DNA of 64,000 nucleotides from Escherichia coli (GTDB lineage Bacteria; Pseudomonadota; Gammaproteobacteria; Enterobacterales; Enterobacteriaceae): NCBI RefSeq assembly GCF_044324875.1, contig NZ_CP172185.1; one strand, 5' to 3'. Shown piece by piece: positions 10,958 to 21,283 of this stretch (position 1 is its first letter; each line of letters starts with the position of its first letter). The notes under the pieces were generated by a model. It saw only the letters and a program-made list of their open reading frames with translations, ran no database searches and was not told where the DNA came from. The position numbers and the translations under genes were made by a program.

Positions 10958-12682
10958 TCAGACCTCCTGAGCCTGCAGCGGGTTAGCGAAATCAAAATAG
11001 ATCACCGAAGGGTCAACGATGGTGTTCTCGTTATGATCGTTCAGATAACAGAAAAAGTTACCTTTTACGTTCCAGTACGGACTTTCCAGAACATAGTTGA
11101 GACAGGTTTTATGAGTCACCTGGTCACGCACTTCAGCCAGCAATGTTCGTACACGAGCCATCAGATTCGCTTCGCTGTCCAGCCCGGCAGCACCCAGCGC
11201 AGCAGTTACGGCAAAAGTGGAGTTAACCAGCAGGTAATAAGGGAAATAGCGCAGCAACTGCTCACGGGTGAAAATATTTTCCGCCTGCGCCTCGTCAATG
11301 GTATCGAGCCACTCTGTCGCGTGAGGCATAAACGCGCTGCCCTGGCAGTCACGGTAAATAAATCCGACCGGCAGATCCCCAAGCATCTGCACAAGAATAT
11401 TTTGCTGATGCGCCAGCAGCACCAGGCCGTAATCCGCTTCAGCCGTAAACAGAGGCTTCAGCACCTGCTGACAGTAAGCATCGACCCATGCGTGGGCGGC
11501 CTGTTGCACAGTGATACCGAGGCGATCGCTCAGGCGTTTTACCGCCGAAACCAGCAGCGAATCACCGCCATCCGGTGCGGCCTGAGTCAGGGAAACCAGA
11601 ACGTTGGTCTGGCTTTGCGGCTGCTCCAGCAGCAGGTTTTCACGCAGGGAAAACAAACTTTCCTGCATGATGTTGCCGTTAAGATCGCGCAGCCCGGCCC
11701 AGCCGTCCTCCTGCATTACCCGGAAAGTAGGGAAGCGGGCCTGTAGCATCTGCCAGCCGTCGGTTTGCGCCAGACGTGCCAGGCGCATTCCTCGCTCCAC
11801 CTCTTTCACAGACAGAGTACGGACGGAGTTGGTCAGCCGAACGCTCAGGGAGAACTTGATCATATCGCGGCTGGTAGCACAGTAGAGGGAGCGGGAAGAG
11901 GTGGTCGGCAGCCACGACGTGCCGGCCTCGCCTAAGTCTCTGATAAGTCCTTTAGCAAAAAGTGCCTGGCACCACACCTGCTGCAAAAGATATTCTCCCT
12001 GCCACGGGTGCAGCGGGAACAGCCATTGATTGTCACTTAATTCGTTGAGTAACTGGGGCGCATTTTCTGCGGCAAATCGCGTCAACCGCTGTTGAAGGTT
12101 AAGATGCAGACTTTCACCAGCGATTTGCGTTTTATCCACCGAAAACCACCGCAGCGGGAAGTGAGGTGCCATGTCAGGCAGGTATCGTTCAGCTTCCTGG
12201 CGGTTAAACGGTTCATGAGACTTAGGTGCAGGGTGGAAAGCGTGTCCTGTCAGCAGTGCCTGCTCAGCCTCGCCAAAATTCAACGCTTTCTCACGCAGGA
12301 TGGCCCAGTCATGGCGGGCATCAATTGTCTGTTGCGTATGGGCGTAGCTTTCCAGCACGCGTTGGTGGAAAGTTTCGCAGAGGGGAACTGGCAGAAAAAG
12401 TTGATGCCGGAGCTTGTCAATAATAAGCCGGGAGAGAGTGGTAAAATCGACAGGATAACTGCCTGATGCCGTGACCAGATGAGCAGGAAATGCAAAGCGG
12501 TGATGCTGGGTTGGGGAGAAATAAGCCACTCTGAAATGGAGCGACTTCTGTTCGTCCAGCGGGATAATCAATTCGTCTGGCGGGTATTCCGCCAGTTGCC
12601 AGTCTTTGGTTTCACGAATCAAGGCATTCAGGAAGCACTGCGCAGCCACATCTGTGGCGGATTTTTCAGAGGGCAGGATCAT
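10958..12682 (-). CDS. iucA: IucA, aerobactin synthetase component (start refined to 574 aa)
   Basis: The 595-aa ORF begins inside the Fur operator; internal ATG at 12682 (MILPSEK) is preceded by GGAG and lies downstream of the promoter. Confidence 0.9.
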   Translation of the reverse strand: MILPSEKSATDVAAQCFLNALIRETKDWQLAEYPPDELIIPLDEQKSLHFRVAYFSPTQHHRFAFPAHLVTASGSYPVDFTTLSRLIIDKLRHQLFLPVPLCETFHQRVLESYAHTQQTIDARHDWAILREKALNFGEAEQALLTGHAFHPAPKSHEPFNRQEAERYLPDMAPHFPLRWFSVDKTQIAGESLHLNLQQRLTRFAAENAPQLLNELSDNQWLFPLHPWQGEYLLQQVWCQALFAKGLIRDLGEAGTSWLPTTSSRSLYCATSRDMIKFSLSVRLTNSVRTLSVKEVERGMRLARLAQTDGWQMLQARFPTFRVMQEDGWAGLRDLNGNIMQESLFSLRENLLLEQPQSQTNVLVSLTQAAPDGGDSLLVSAVKRLSDRLGITVQQAAHAWVDAYCQQVLKPLFTAEADYGLVLLAHQQNILVQMLGDLPVGFIYRDCQGSAFMPHATEWLDTIDEAQAENIFTREQLLRYFPYYLLVNSTFAVTAALGAAGLDSEANLMARVRTLLAEVRDQVTHKTCLNYVLESPYWNVKGNFFCYLNDHNENTIVDPSVIYFDFANPLQAQEV

Positions 12683-12699
12683 AATCAAACAGCTCCTAC

Positions 12700-12750
12700 A
12701 CAGTAAAATAATAACAATTATGTCAATAATGATTATCATTATCAATGAGA
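12700..12750. promoter_or_regulatory. Fur-binding sites (iron box) in the iucA/shiF divergent promoter
   Basis: Minus-strand reads GATAATGATAATCATTATTGACATAATTGTTATTATTTTAC, a near-perfect Fur box consensus. Confidence 0.85.
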
Positions 12751-12817
12751 AATGTTATTGTCAGAAAAATTAATTTTACAAATAAACACAATTAATACAT
12801 GGTGTTGAAACATTACA

Positions 12818-14011
12818 ATGTCATCTAAGATCGAAGATACGCCCCAAAAAACCCTGTCCTGCTGGCCACTGGCGTTCAGTGCCGGTCTTCTCGGTATCGG
12901 ACAGAACGGTCTGCTGGTTGTACTCCCTGTTCTGGTCATACAGACAAATCTGAGTCTGTCTGTATGGGCTGCCCTGCTGATGCTGGGCTCAATGCTGTTT
13001 CTGCCATCTTCCCCATGGTGGGGAAAGCAAATTTCCCTTACTGGCAGTAAGACTGTGGTGCTGTGGGCTCTGGGAGGATATGGCGTAAGCTTTACCCTGC
13101 TTGGGCTGGGAAGCGTGCTGATGGCTACCGGTGCCGTAACAAAAGCGGTGGGGTTGGGAATATTAATCATCGCCCGGATCGTCTACGGTCTGACCGTGTC
13201 AGCAATGGTGCCAGCCTGTCAGGTCTGGGCATTGCAGAGAGCGGGAGATGGGAATCGCATGGCCGCTCTGGCAACCATCAGCTCCGGCCTGAGCTGCGGC
13301 AGGCTATTCGGGCCGCTGTGCGCGGCGGCAATGTTGGTCATTCACCCTCTGGCGCCAGTGTGGATGCTGATGGCAGCGCCAGCGCTGGCACTGGTGATGC
13401 TTCTGCGGTTGCCCGGCACACCACCACAGCCCACACCGGAGCGCAAGAGCGTCAGCCTGAAGCGGGATTTCCTACCTTATCTGCTTTGCGCAATGTTACT
13501 GGCTGCGGCAATGAGCATGATGCAGCTTGGACTTTCTCCAGCCCTTACTCGCCAGTTCGCCACTGATACCACCACTATTAGCCAACAGGTAGCGTGGTTG
13601 TTGGGGCTGTCCGCAATAGCTGCGCTTATCGCGCAGTTCGTGGTACTCCGTCCACAGCGCCTGACTCCAGTGGCTCTGCTCCTGAGTGCCGGGGTGTTGA
13701 TGAGTAGTGGTCTGGCTATCATGCTCGCTGAACAGCTATGGTTGTTTTACCTAGGCTGTGCAGTGCTGTCATTTGGAGCTGCTCTGGCAACCCCCGCTTA
13801 TCAACTTTTACTGAATGATAAGCTGGCCGACGGCGCAGGCGCGGGCTGGCTCGCTTGCAGTCACACACTTGGCTATGGGCTTTGCGCGTTGTTGGTACCA
13901 TTGGTGTCGAAAACAGGTGTCGCAATAGCACTGATTGTGATGGCATTATTTGCCGCTGTATTATTTAGCATGGTGACTGTATTTATCTGGCGCTGCTGCA
14001 AAAGCAAGTAA
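12818..14011 (+). CDS. shiF: ShiF-like MFS transporter
   Basis: 397 aa 12-TM protein transcribed divergently from iucA. Confidence 0.8.
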   Translation: MSSKIEDTPQKTLSCWPLAFSAGLLGIGQNGLLVVLPVLVIQTNLSLSVWAALLMLGSMLFLPSSPWWGKQISLTGSKTVVLWALGGYGVSFTLLGLGSVLMATGAVTKAVGLGILIIARIVYGLTVSAMVPACQVWALQRAGDGNRMAALATISSGLSCGRLFGPLCAAAMLVIHPLAPVWMLMAAPALALVMLLRLPGTPPQPTPERKSVSLKRDFLPYLLCAMLLAAAMSMMQLGLSPALTRQFATDTTTISQQVAWLLGLSAIAALIAQFVVLRPQRLTPVALLLSAGVLMSSGLAIMLAEQLWLFYLGCAVLSFGAALATPAYQLLLNDKLADGAGAGWLACSHTLGYGLCALLVPLVSKTGVAIALIVMALFAAVLFSMVTVFIWRCCKSK

Positions 14012-14437
14012 TGATATGAGCTCAATCTACTTTCGACGCGACTGGTTCACCACTTTTCCATAAACTCTGTATGATTTCGGCTTTGAGAGGGTCAGCATAC
14101 ATCTTTTGCATTTATAACGAACGGTTCGACGAAAGAGGGCTTCCACAACTTGAGTGAAAGAAAATGTATGAGGCTTACCAGTGAAGCCGTTTTAAGTTAT
14201 GGGTAACTTAATACACTCACTTAAGAGATTTCTACGGTTACTTTGCTGATGGCAATACGGTCAAGAAGTTATTAGCTCTGACGGTATATAACCCTCCATC
14301 TCCCCGGAAAATGCAAAACAGCACTATGTGTTGAATACCTTAAGCACAGCTACTCAGTTCATAGATGCCATCGCCTCCAGATACAGCACTTACCCTGCTC
14401 AGCCCAGACGCATCTTACTCTGGTGCTGCCATAACCC

Positions 14438-15491
14438 TTGCCTGTTAACGAAAAATTTTGCCGAGTCTCAGCCTCCCTTCACAGTTCACATCAGCAGTAT
14501 TCACAGGCGTTACAAAATTTACAACGTCAACCGGGATTAATAGCCGGAGGTGAGGCCGGGAAACAGGCAGCAACGGCAGTGGGGCTACGTTGCAGTGCTG
14601 ATACTCTTCTTCGCAGGGTTATTAATACCCCGGAGACGAAACAGTCGGGCGCGCCTCATGTCGGTATTGATGAGTGGGCGTGGCATCGGGGCCACCATTA
14701 CGGCACGTTAATTGTCAATCTTGATACTCACCGTCCCCTCGTCCTGCTTCCCGGTTGCGATCAGAGTACGCTGGCGACCTGGTTCAGAAAATATCCGGAA
14801 ATACAGGTTGTCTCACGTGACCGTGGCGGAGTCTATGCGACAGCAGCACGTGAAGGTGCACCTCAGGCCAGACAGATAGCTGATCGATGGCACCTGCTAA
14901 AAAATATTGGCGATGCGCCTGAACGAATGATGTACAGACAGATGCCTCTGATACGTCTTGTTGCCAGTGGGTTGTCACCAAAGAAATCACCTAAGCCAGT
15001 ACTGTCTGTGCCTGTAGCATCGCTCCGTCGTCCGGAACGCCTTAAACAGCAAACCCGCCAAAAACGGCATCAGCGTTGGACAGAGGTTATGGCACTACAT
15101 AACAAGGGATGTGGGTTCAGGGGAAATATCCCGTATTACAGGCTTATCCCGTATTACAGGCTTATCCCGTATTACAGGCTTATCACGTGTGACAGTCAGT
15201 CTCTGGGTGTGTTCAGGAACATTCCCTGAAATGTCAACCCGGCCTCCAGAGCGAGGACTTCTGGCCCCATGGAGGGAGTGGTTAAAAGAGCAACGAGAAA
15301 GTGGTAACTTCGGCGCGTGGCTGCAAGGATGGCAGCTGATGCTGCGGCTATATGTGAGGCAATCAGCAGTCGCTGGAATAATGGGGGTTGTCGAAAGTCA
15401 TGTAAATCGACTAAAAATGCTGAAAGGCCAGATGTATGGTCGAGCCGGATTTGAACTACTCAGGCAGAGGGTCATGAGTCCACTGGCATGA
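14438..15491 (+). pseudogene. ISL3-family transposase remnant, N-terminally truncated and frameshifted
   Basis: DDE core (HVGIDEWAWHRGHHYGTLIVNLDT...DRWHLLKN) in one frame, ISL3-type C-terminus in another (15111..15491); frames split at an 18-bp tandem triplication. Confidence 0.7.
15128..15185. repeat. 18-bp tandem repeat x3 (atcccgtattacaggctt)
   Basis: Direct repeats visible in sequence; encoded as IPYYRL x3 in one frame and SRITGL x3 in another. Confidence 0.9.
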
Positions 15492-15518
15492 AAATCTCCA
15501 TCCAGGTTGCGTAAGAGC

Positions 15519-15540
15519 CACTTTTCATCCGTCGTTGACA
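15519..15540. repeat. Solo IS100-type terminal inverted-repeat remnant
   Basis: 22/22 nt identical to the outer right end of the intact IS100 at 59845..59866 (cacttttcatccgtcgttgaca). Confidence 0.6.
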
Positions 15541-16135
15541 TTTGTATGCCGTCACTGTGGCACTTCTCGGCCCACATTGTGTAAATGGTGGCGCAGATAT
15601 CTGGCTCAGGGCATCGCTGGTCTGGAAAGCTACAGCCGTCGCTCCAAGCGTTCACCATCAACGAAAACCAGCACTTGCGAAGTCGCTCTGATTCTGGAAG
15701 TTACGTTCTCAGCGAAATCTGGGTGCAAGACGTATTCAAAGCGAGTTAAAACGACTTCATTCAATCTCACTGGCAATAGTGCGTATTACCGTTAAGGGGA
15801 TCGGTGAGTAACGGCGTTTTTCAAGGTAGTTGTCGCCTGATGTAATAAAGGTTGGACGTTCCCAAAAGACAGACAAAGCTGAGTTTTACGCTACCGTAGA
15901 TCTTTCTGCTGATGACCTGAAGGAACTGCAGGCAGAATGGCAGCATTACTATAACTGGGAACGTCCTCATAGCGCTCACAACGGTAAAACTCCGATGGAA
16001 CGCTACTTTGAACTTGCTGAGAAAACACCATACTCCGATGCCGTTCATGCAAACTATCAGCCCAATGAAGAGCATATACAGGAACAGAATTACAAGCCTG
16101 AACTTGAACTGAGAAAATTGAAACGATGTCTATGA
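15535..16135 (+). pseudogene. IS481-family transposase fragments (N-terminal HTH and C-terminal tail)
   Basis: 15535..15795 resembles a transposase N-terminal HTH; 15830..16135 carries integrase-core C-terminal motif (YNWERPHSAHNGKTPMERY); catalytic core missing. Confidence 0.55.
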
Positions 16136-16260
16136 ATCACACATTTTATTACAAGGCAACAACTACCTTCAAGCTCTATGTTGAGCCTGTTTACCATTCT
16201 GTGTAATATGCATTTTCTTTAAAGTGACCGTCAGGACGGTCACTGATTACCCATTCTGAA

Positions 16261-17574
16261 GAGACTGTAATTAAAATTGTGTAATTGCCTGTTTTTGATA
16301 TGTTCACTCCAACAACGGAGACAGGCAAACGATGGACGAAAAGAAACTTAAAGTCCTTGCGGCTGAACTGGCCAAAGGCCTTAAAACCGAAGCCGACCTC
16401 AACCAGTTTTCACGCATGTTGACAAAGCTTACCGTCGAAACGGCGCTCAATGCAGAACTGACTGACCATCTAGGTCATGAGAAAAATGCTCCTAAATCAG
16501 GCTCTAATACCCGTAATGGCTACTCGTCAAAAACGGTATTGTGCGATGATGGCGAGATCGAACTTAACACGCCGCGTGACCGTGAAAATACCTTCGAACC
16601 ACAACTGGTGAAGAAAAATCAGACCCGCATTACCGGCATGGACAACCAGATCCTGGCGCTGTATGCCAGAGGGATGACTACCCGCGAAATTACCTCAGCC
16701 TTCAAAGAAATGTACGACGCCGATGTCTCGCCCACGCTGATATCCAAAGTGACCGATGCGGTTAAAGAACAGGTCTCTGAATGGCAAAACCGACCGTTGG
16801 ATGCACTGTATCCCATTGTTTATCTTGACTGTATTGTGGTTAAGGTTCGTCACAGCGGGAGTGTCATTAACAAAGCGGTGTTCCTCGCGCTGGGCATCAA
16901 TACCGACGGTCAGAAAGAGCTGCTGGATATGTGGCTGGCCGAAAATGAAGGTGCAAAGTTCTGGCTGAATGTACTGACGGAACTGAAAAATCGCGGCCTG
17001 AACGATATCCTTATCGCCTTCGTGGACGGCCTGAAAGGCTTCCCGGAAGCGATAAATAGCGTGTACCCGCAGACGCATATTCAGCTCTGCATCATCCATA
17101 TGGTGCGCAACAGCCTGAAATTCGTGTCGTGGAAGGATTACAAAGCCGTCACCAGCGGGCTGAAAGCGGTATATCAGGCCCCGACAGAGGAAACGGCGTT
17201 GATGGCGTTGGATAAGTTTGCAGGCGTCTGGGATGAAAAATACCCGCAAATCAGCAAGAGCTGGCGCACACACTGGGAAAATCTCAACACCTTCTTCGGT
17301 TACCCACCGGATATCCGCAAGGCCATCTACACGACGAATGCCATCGAATCGCTGAACAGTGTCATTCGGCAGGCGATAAAGAAGCGCAAGGTGTTCCCAA
17401 CGGACGACTCGGTGCGAAAAGTGATTTATCTGGCGATACAGTCGGCGTCAAAAAATGGAGTATGCCAATCCAGAACTGGCGGCTGGCAATGAGCCGTTTT
17501 ATTATCGAGTTCGGTGACCGCCTTAGCGAGCACCTTTAATACGGCGGCAGTTACACAGAATTATTTACAGGGTC
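16261..17574 (+). mobile_element. IS256-family insertion sequence (1314 bp) with 8-bp target-site duplication ATTCTGAA
   Basis: Imperfect terminal inverted repeats (gagactgtaattaaaattgtgtaattgcc / ggcagttacacagaattatttacagggtc); identical 8-bp direct repeats at 16253..16260 and 17575..17582. Confidence 0.85.
16332..17492 (+). CDS. IS256-family (mutator-type) transposase; extreme C-terminus shifted into another frame
   Basis: 386 aa with the IS256-type DDE layout; the expected C-terminal tail (...MPIQNWRLAMSRFIIEFGDRLSEHL) continues in a different frame to about 17538. Confidence 0.8.
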   Translation: MDEKKLKVLAAELAKGLKTEADLNQFSRMLTKLTVETALNAELTDHLGHEKNAPKSGSNTRNGYSSKTVLCDDGEIELNTPRDRENTFEPQLVKKNQTRITGMDNQILALYARGMTTREITSAFKEMYDADVSPTLISKVTDAVKEQVSEWQNRPLDALYPIVYLDCIVVKVRHSGSVINKAVFLALGINTDGQKELLDMWLAENEGAKFWLNVLTELKNRGLNDILIAFVDGLKGFPEAINSVYPQTHIQLCIIHMVRNSLKFVSWKDYKAVTSGLKAVYQAPTEETALMALDKFAGVWDEKYPQISKSWRTHWENLNTFFGYPPDIRKAIYTTNAIESLNSVIRQAIKKRKVFPTDDSVRKVIYLAIQSASKNGVCQSRTGGWQ

Positions 17575-17855
17575 ATTCTGAATTTAGTGCAGAATTAAAA
17601 TATGTGTTCAAAATAATTTAATTCAGACAGCTTTTTATTTCACTATGGCTATCCCAGAACAACCAGTACAAATAATAAAAGACATATCACAGCAACACTC
17701 CACACTGACAGCGCAAAAATAAATGCCGCCTTTGTTATCTTCATATACAAGCAACCTGTCCTGATAATCACCAACTCATGTTTTATTCTTAACCATTCGT
17801 CACAAATACAACAAAAAATAACAGCAGCAGCACCGATATCACAATATAAGATACA

Positions 17856-18311
17856 TTATTCAACACCTGAATCCCCCGCCGCTTCTCTCCCCTTTATAAA
17901 ACGCCCCTTCCGGAATCCAGACCGCTGCAGTGCACGACGAAGATGACCGTATACCGTCTTGTCATTCTGCCCCGTCTCTTCTGTAATCTCCGCAATACTT
18001 AAACCTCTGTAATACCGGTTCAGTACCGCTCTGCGCTCTTCCAGCGTCAACACACCTCCGGCCGCTCTCAGATTCAGCATCGACTTATTCAGAATACAGC
18101 AGGCCTCTCCGGTAAAAAGAATACGAACAATATCTGTATACTCATCATCACAGAATACAAAATAATATCTGAATGACCTGCCTGACTGCACCCTTCTTCT
18201 GTCTGATATGGCATCTTCTATATATCTGATTCGACTGCTTACGGTTCCAAATATCTCTCGCAGGGCTTTTTCAAAATAAATATCTCTCGTCGCCAGGATT
18301 ATATCCAGCAT
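17856..18311 (-). CDS. Putative DNA-binding protein with C-terminal LuxR/sigma-70 region-4-like HTH
   Basis: C-terminal segment LTLEERRAVLNRYYRGLSIAEITEETGQNDKTVYGHLRRALQ fits a LuxR-type HTH; lies downstream of the adhesin gene. Confidence 0.4.
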   Translation of the reverse strand: MLDIILATRDIYFEKALREIFGTVSSRIRYIEDAISDRRRVQSGRSFRYYFVFCDDEYTDIVRILFTGEACCILNKSMLNLRAAGGVLTLEERRAVLNRYYRGLSIAEITEETGQNDKTVYGHLRRALQRSGFRKGRFIKGREAAGDSGVE

Positions 18312-18372
18312 CTCTGTACCTCATTATATCCCGGGGGACTCCCCCCGGGACAGATATCTAAATCCTGACCTG

Positions 18373-19914
18373 TCAGAACTCAAAATTCACACCAGCATTC
18401 CACGATGCGGATGACCCACCTGCAGCAACTGCAACTTTTCCTGCCACATTCTCTGTGAAACGGTAGCCCACGCCCACCGCAATGGCCTGCTCATCACGGT
18501 AACCACCAACGGCTGCTGTCGCGTTAAATTTTCCAACACTGTATGGCTGGAAAAGACCTGCCAGTGCCGCGCTCTGGGCTGCACTCTCCCTTAACTCCTT
18601 CCGGTTCTCTTTAATCTGCTCCTGCATATTATTCATTCTCTCTGTCGCCATCTTCTGCCAGGCTTCCGTCAAATCCAGACGATGACTGTTATTCCTTATC
18701 GCTGCTGTATTTGAGGCTATTGCTGCATCCGTCTGCGCCCTGTTCTTCACAAGCACATCGCTGAGATGTTCTGCCTGGCTTTTCGCTTCTTTACGGGCAT
18801 CCCGTACACTTTTATCTGTATAAGCCCGGGAAACCTGAACTGTTTCATCCGCTTTTTCTTTTATTTCATCCTGAAGAGCAAGAGAAGATGCATCCGTATA
18901 CGCCACCGCTGCCGATGTGCCTGCAATAATATCCCTGCTGAGTTCATCACGTACTGCTGTAACCTGACTGTCAGTATGAGCACGGGCATCTCTGTATACA
19001 CCGCCTATCTCACCGCGCAGACTGTCTCCCTCTGCCTTCAGTTCATCACGTACTGCTGTGACCTGACTGTCAGTATGAGCACGGGCATCTCTGTATACAC
19101 CGCCTATCTCACCACGCAGACTGTCTCCCTGTGATTTCAACTCATCACGTACTTTGTTCGTCCCATCCTTTATCTCATCCTGAAGTGCAAGCGCTGTTAC
19201 ATCTGTATACGTCACCGCTGCCGATGTGCCTGCAATAATATCCCTGCTGAGTTCAGCATGAACTGTTGAAAGACGTTTATCTGTCTCGTCAATTCTTTCA
19301 TTCGTCTGCAACAAAAAGACCTGTGCATCATCAAATCGTTCATTCAGTTGCCCTACCGTCGCTGCATCTGTGTTATTGATACCATCAGACACATTTATAA
19401 TCCGGCGGGTTTCCGGTGCTCCTTTGACACTCTTTCCATATCCCTCAGGCCCGGCACCAACAGATACCACGTTATTTTCTCCCGACACCTGTGAGCCATG
19501 GCCCAGAGCTACAGAGCCTGAAGAATTTTCTATTCCAGCCCATCCCCCAATAGCAACACTCTGCTGTGAATTAAATACCTCAGCGCTCTTACCTATGGCA
19601 ACACCATATTTTGACTCAGCCTGACCGGTATCCCTTCCCAGGGTGACACTGTGTGGAGAATTATACACTTCCGAAAAAGAGCCAAACTGAAGACTTCCTG
19701 GTGAATCCATGTTAAAAGCGCCACCTCCCAAAAGGAAAGTGTTATTAACTGTACCAGTTAAATTCGTAATAAAAGAGTTTTCTCCAATCAGTAAGCTGGA
19801 AGAATTACCATCAACAGGCCCTGTCAAAACAGCCTGAGCCTGAGCCGAGAGCAGCAGGGCCACACTCACTGCCAGCGCGCTTTTCTTTAAAAAAGCATCA
19901 CGTCTTTTAAGCAT
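18373..19914 (-). CDS. Trimeric autotransporter adhesin (YadA-like; Eib-like prophage adhesin)
   Basis: Start refined to ATG at 19914 (AGGAGA 8 nt upstream); signal peptide [28 protein letters not shown]; head repeats, coiled-coil stalk with 33-aa duplication, C-terminal beta-barrel anchor ending ...AGVNFEF. Confidence 0.75.
   Translation of the reverse strand: MLKRRDAFLKKSALAVSVALLLSAQAQAVLTGPVDGNSSSLLIGENSFITNLTGTVNNTFLLGGGAFNMDSPGSLQFGSFSEVYNSPHSVTLGRDTGQAESKYGVAIGKSAEVFNSQQSVAIGGWAGIENSSGSVALGHGSQVSGENNVVSVGAGPEGYGKSVKGAPETRRIINVSDGINNTDAATVGQLNERFDDAQVFLLQTNERIDETDKRLSTVHAELSRDIIAGTSAAVTYTDVTALALQDEIKDGTNKVRDELKSQGDSLRGEIGGVYRDARAHTDSQVTAVRDELKAEGDSLRGEIGGVYRDARAHTDSQVTAVRDELSRDIIAGTSAAVAYTDASSLALQDEIKEKADETVQVSRAYTDKSVRDARKEAKSQAEHLSDVLVKNRAQTDAAIASNTAAIRNNSHRLDLTEAWQKMATERMNNMQEQIKENRKELRESAAQSAALAGLFQPYSVGKFNATAAVGGYRDEQAIAVGVGYRFTENVAGKVAVAAGGSSASWNAGVNFEF
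18941..19138. repeat. 99-bp tandem duplication inside adhesin stalk
   Basis: Two near-identical 99-bp units encoding [33 protein letters not shown]. Confidence 0.85.
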
Positions 19915-20401
19915 TCTGTTATTCTCCTGTATTATTACTTCACCAGCCAGAACGGTAGTGCGGAGCAAAAATACAGTGATAAGAATCCTCTTTTATTAAT
20001 TTAATAATGCCAGGAATATTATTGTGTATAATATGCGCCCTCAATTTAAGCAGCAGAAAACGACTGGGATTAAAATCCTTAAATTATAAACATATACAAC
20101 TTTGTAAAGGTGGTTATAATAAACCTGATTACTTTAACGTCTGTATACCTGCACTGCTGATATCACAAAACAATAAAAATCCTGGGTAATATCTCTGATG
20201 ATTGAATGAGAAATTCACGATGTCTGGTGAGAATTCTGTTCAAAACGAGGAATGCAGACGTACACGTGGCAGGTATGGACTTCCACCGATTTAACTTTTT
20301 TCCTTCCTTGTATTTACACATCACACATTTTGCGCTACAAAAATTTCACGTGGCACGCACCACGTGATCCGTAGAAAAGCCTCTTGTTACGAATTTCGTA
20401 A

Positions 20402-20432
20402 ACCGCACGTCTGTCTGGTCGTGCGGATTTTT
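20402..20432 (+). terminator. Intrinsic terminator (GC hairpin accgcacg...cgtgcgg followed by T-run)
   Basis: Inverted repeat plus run of six T on the plus strand in the Tfa-adhesin intergenic region. Confidence 0.5.
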
Positions 20433-20653
20433 TATCCGTCAACTTCACATGAAACCCGCCAGATCACTGTTTCCGGATTCAGACATCAGGCATATTATCA
20501 TCCACAATGTCGTGAACAAGATCACGCTTTTGCAATTCCTTTATTGATCGAAAGCAGTTAATCACGGAAATTAATTACTGGAGTGAAAGCATTTGCTATG
20601 TAAACATTCCCAGAAGACATCTTCATGTTGAATATTATTCCTTATTGACTACA

Positions 20654-20686
20654 CCCCTCTGACAGAATTTTCAGAGGGGTTTTTTT
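20654..20686 (+). terminator. Intrinsic terminator (cccctctga-cagaatt-tcagagggg then T7)
   Basis: Perfect 9-bp stem and seven T on the plus strand, ending 8 bp before the tfa stop. Confidence 0.6.
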
Positions 20687-20693
20687 ATCAGTT

Positions 20694-21269
20694 TCACCAT
20701 CCAACCCTGTACGCCAGAATGGTTTCACTGTCACTCAGTTCTGCTATTGCCTTTTTCATCTCCCTTTGCCTTATATGTATTTCAAGGCCTTTCCTGAACA
20801 TCGCTTTACCAGCAGCATCACTCAGGGATATCAGTTCATCTGCCGTCATCGGTACATCATTATTCTCTGCGTCCGTCCAGAAAAATCCTTCCGGCAACAC
20901 ACCGCCTCTGGCCGCTGATGCCGACATTCCAAGACGTGTCATGGTTTCCTTTCCATAATCCCATTTCCGTCCTCTGTGCTCAAAAACATACCCTGACGCC
21001 TCCATCGCATCACGCCAGGCATTTATCTCCGCGTTTTTCATCCTGCGTGCTTCTTCCACAGCCATATCATCATTTGCCCGGTACTCACCCACCGGCCCTG
21101 CATCACCTCTTATGCAGGCTTCAAATATTTCACGACCGTAAGACTCAGGATCATCCGCACTTGCTGTAAATACACATTCTGTTTCCGCGTCTGAAAACTT
21201 CACTATACAGTTTATGGTCGTATGACCCCTGTCAGCCCACACTGGTGACGTGATTTTATCGACCTTCAT
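20694..21269 (-). CDS. Tail fibre assembly protein (Tfa-like chaperone)
   Basis: 191 aa ORF immediately downstream of the side tail fibre gene, where lambdoid phages carry tfa; size and position fit. Confidence 0.65.
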   Translation of the reverse strand: MKVDKITSPVWADRGHTTINCIVKFSDAETECVFTASADDPESYGREIFEACIRGDAGPVGEYRANDDMAVEEARRMKNAEINAWRDAMEASGYVFEHRGRKWDYGKETMTRLGMSASAARGGVLPEGFFWTDAENNDVPMTADELISLSDAAGKAMFRKGLEIHIRQREMKKAIAELSDSETILAYRVGW

Positions 21270-21283
21270 TCATTTCTCCCCTG

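Noticed and set aside
10784-11746. 320-aa plus-strand ORF over iucB/iucA
   Set aside because: Antisense to well-supported aerobactin genes; no start context or domain.
18941-19138. Direct repeats as a possible CRISPR array (also the repeats at 15128..15185 and 29380..29700)
   Set aside because: They are tandem with no unique spacers and lie inside coding frames or IS debris; no cas genes are present.
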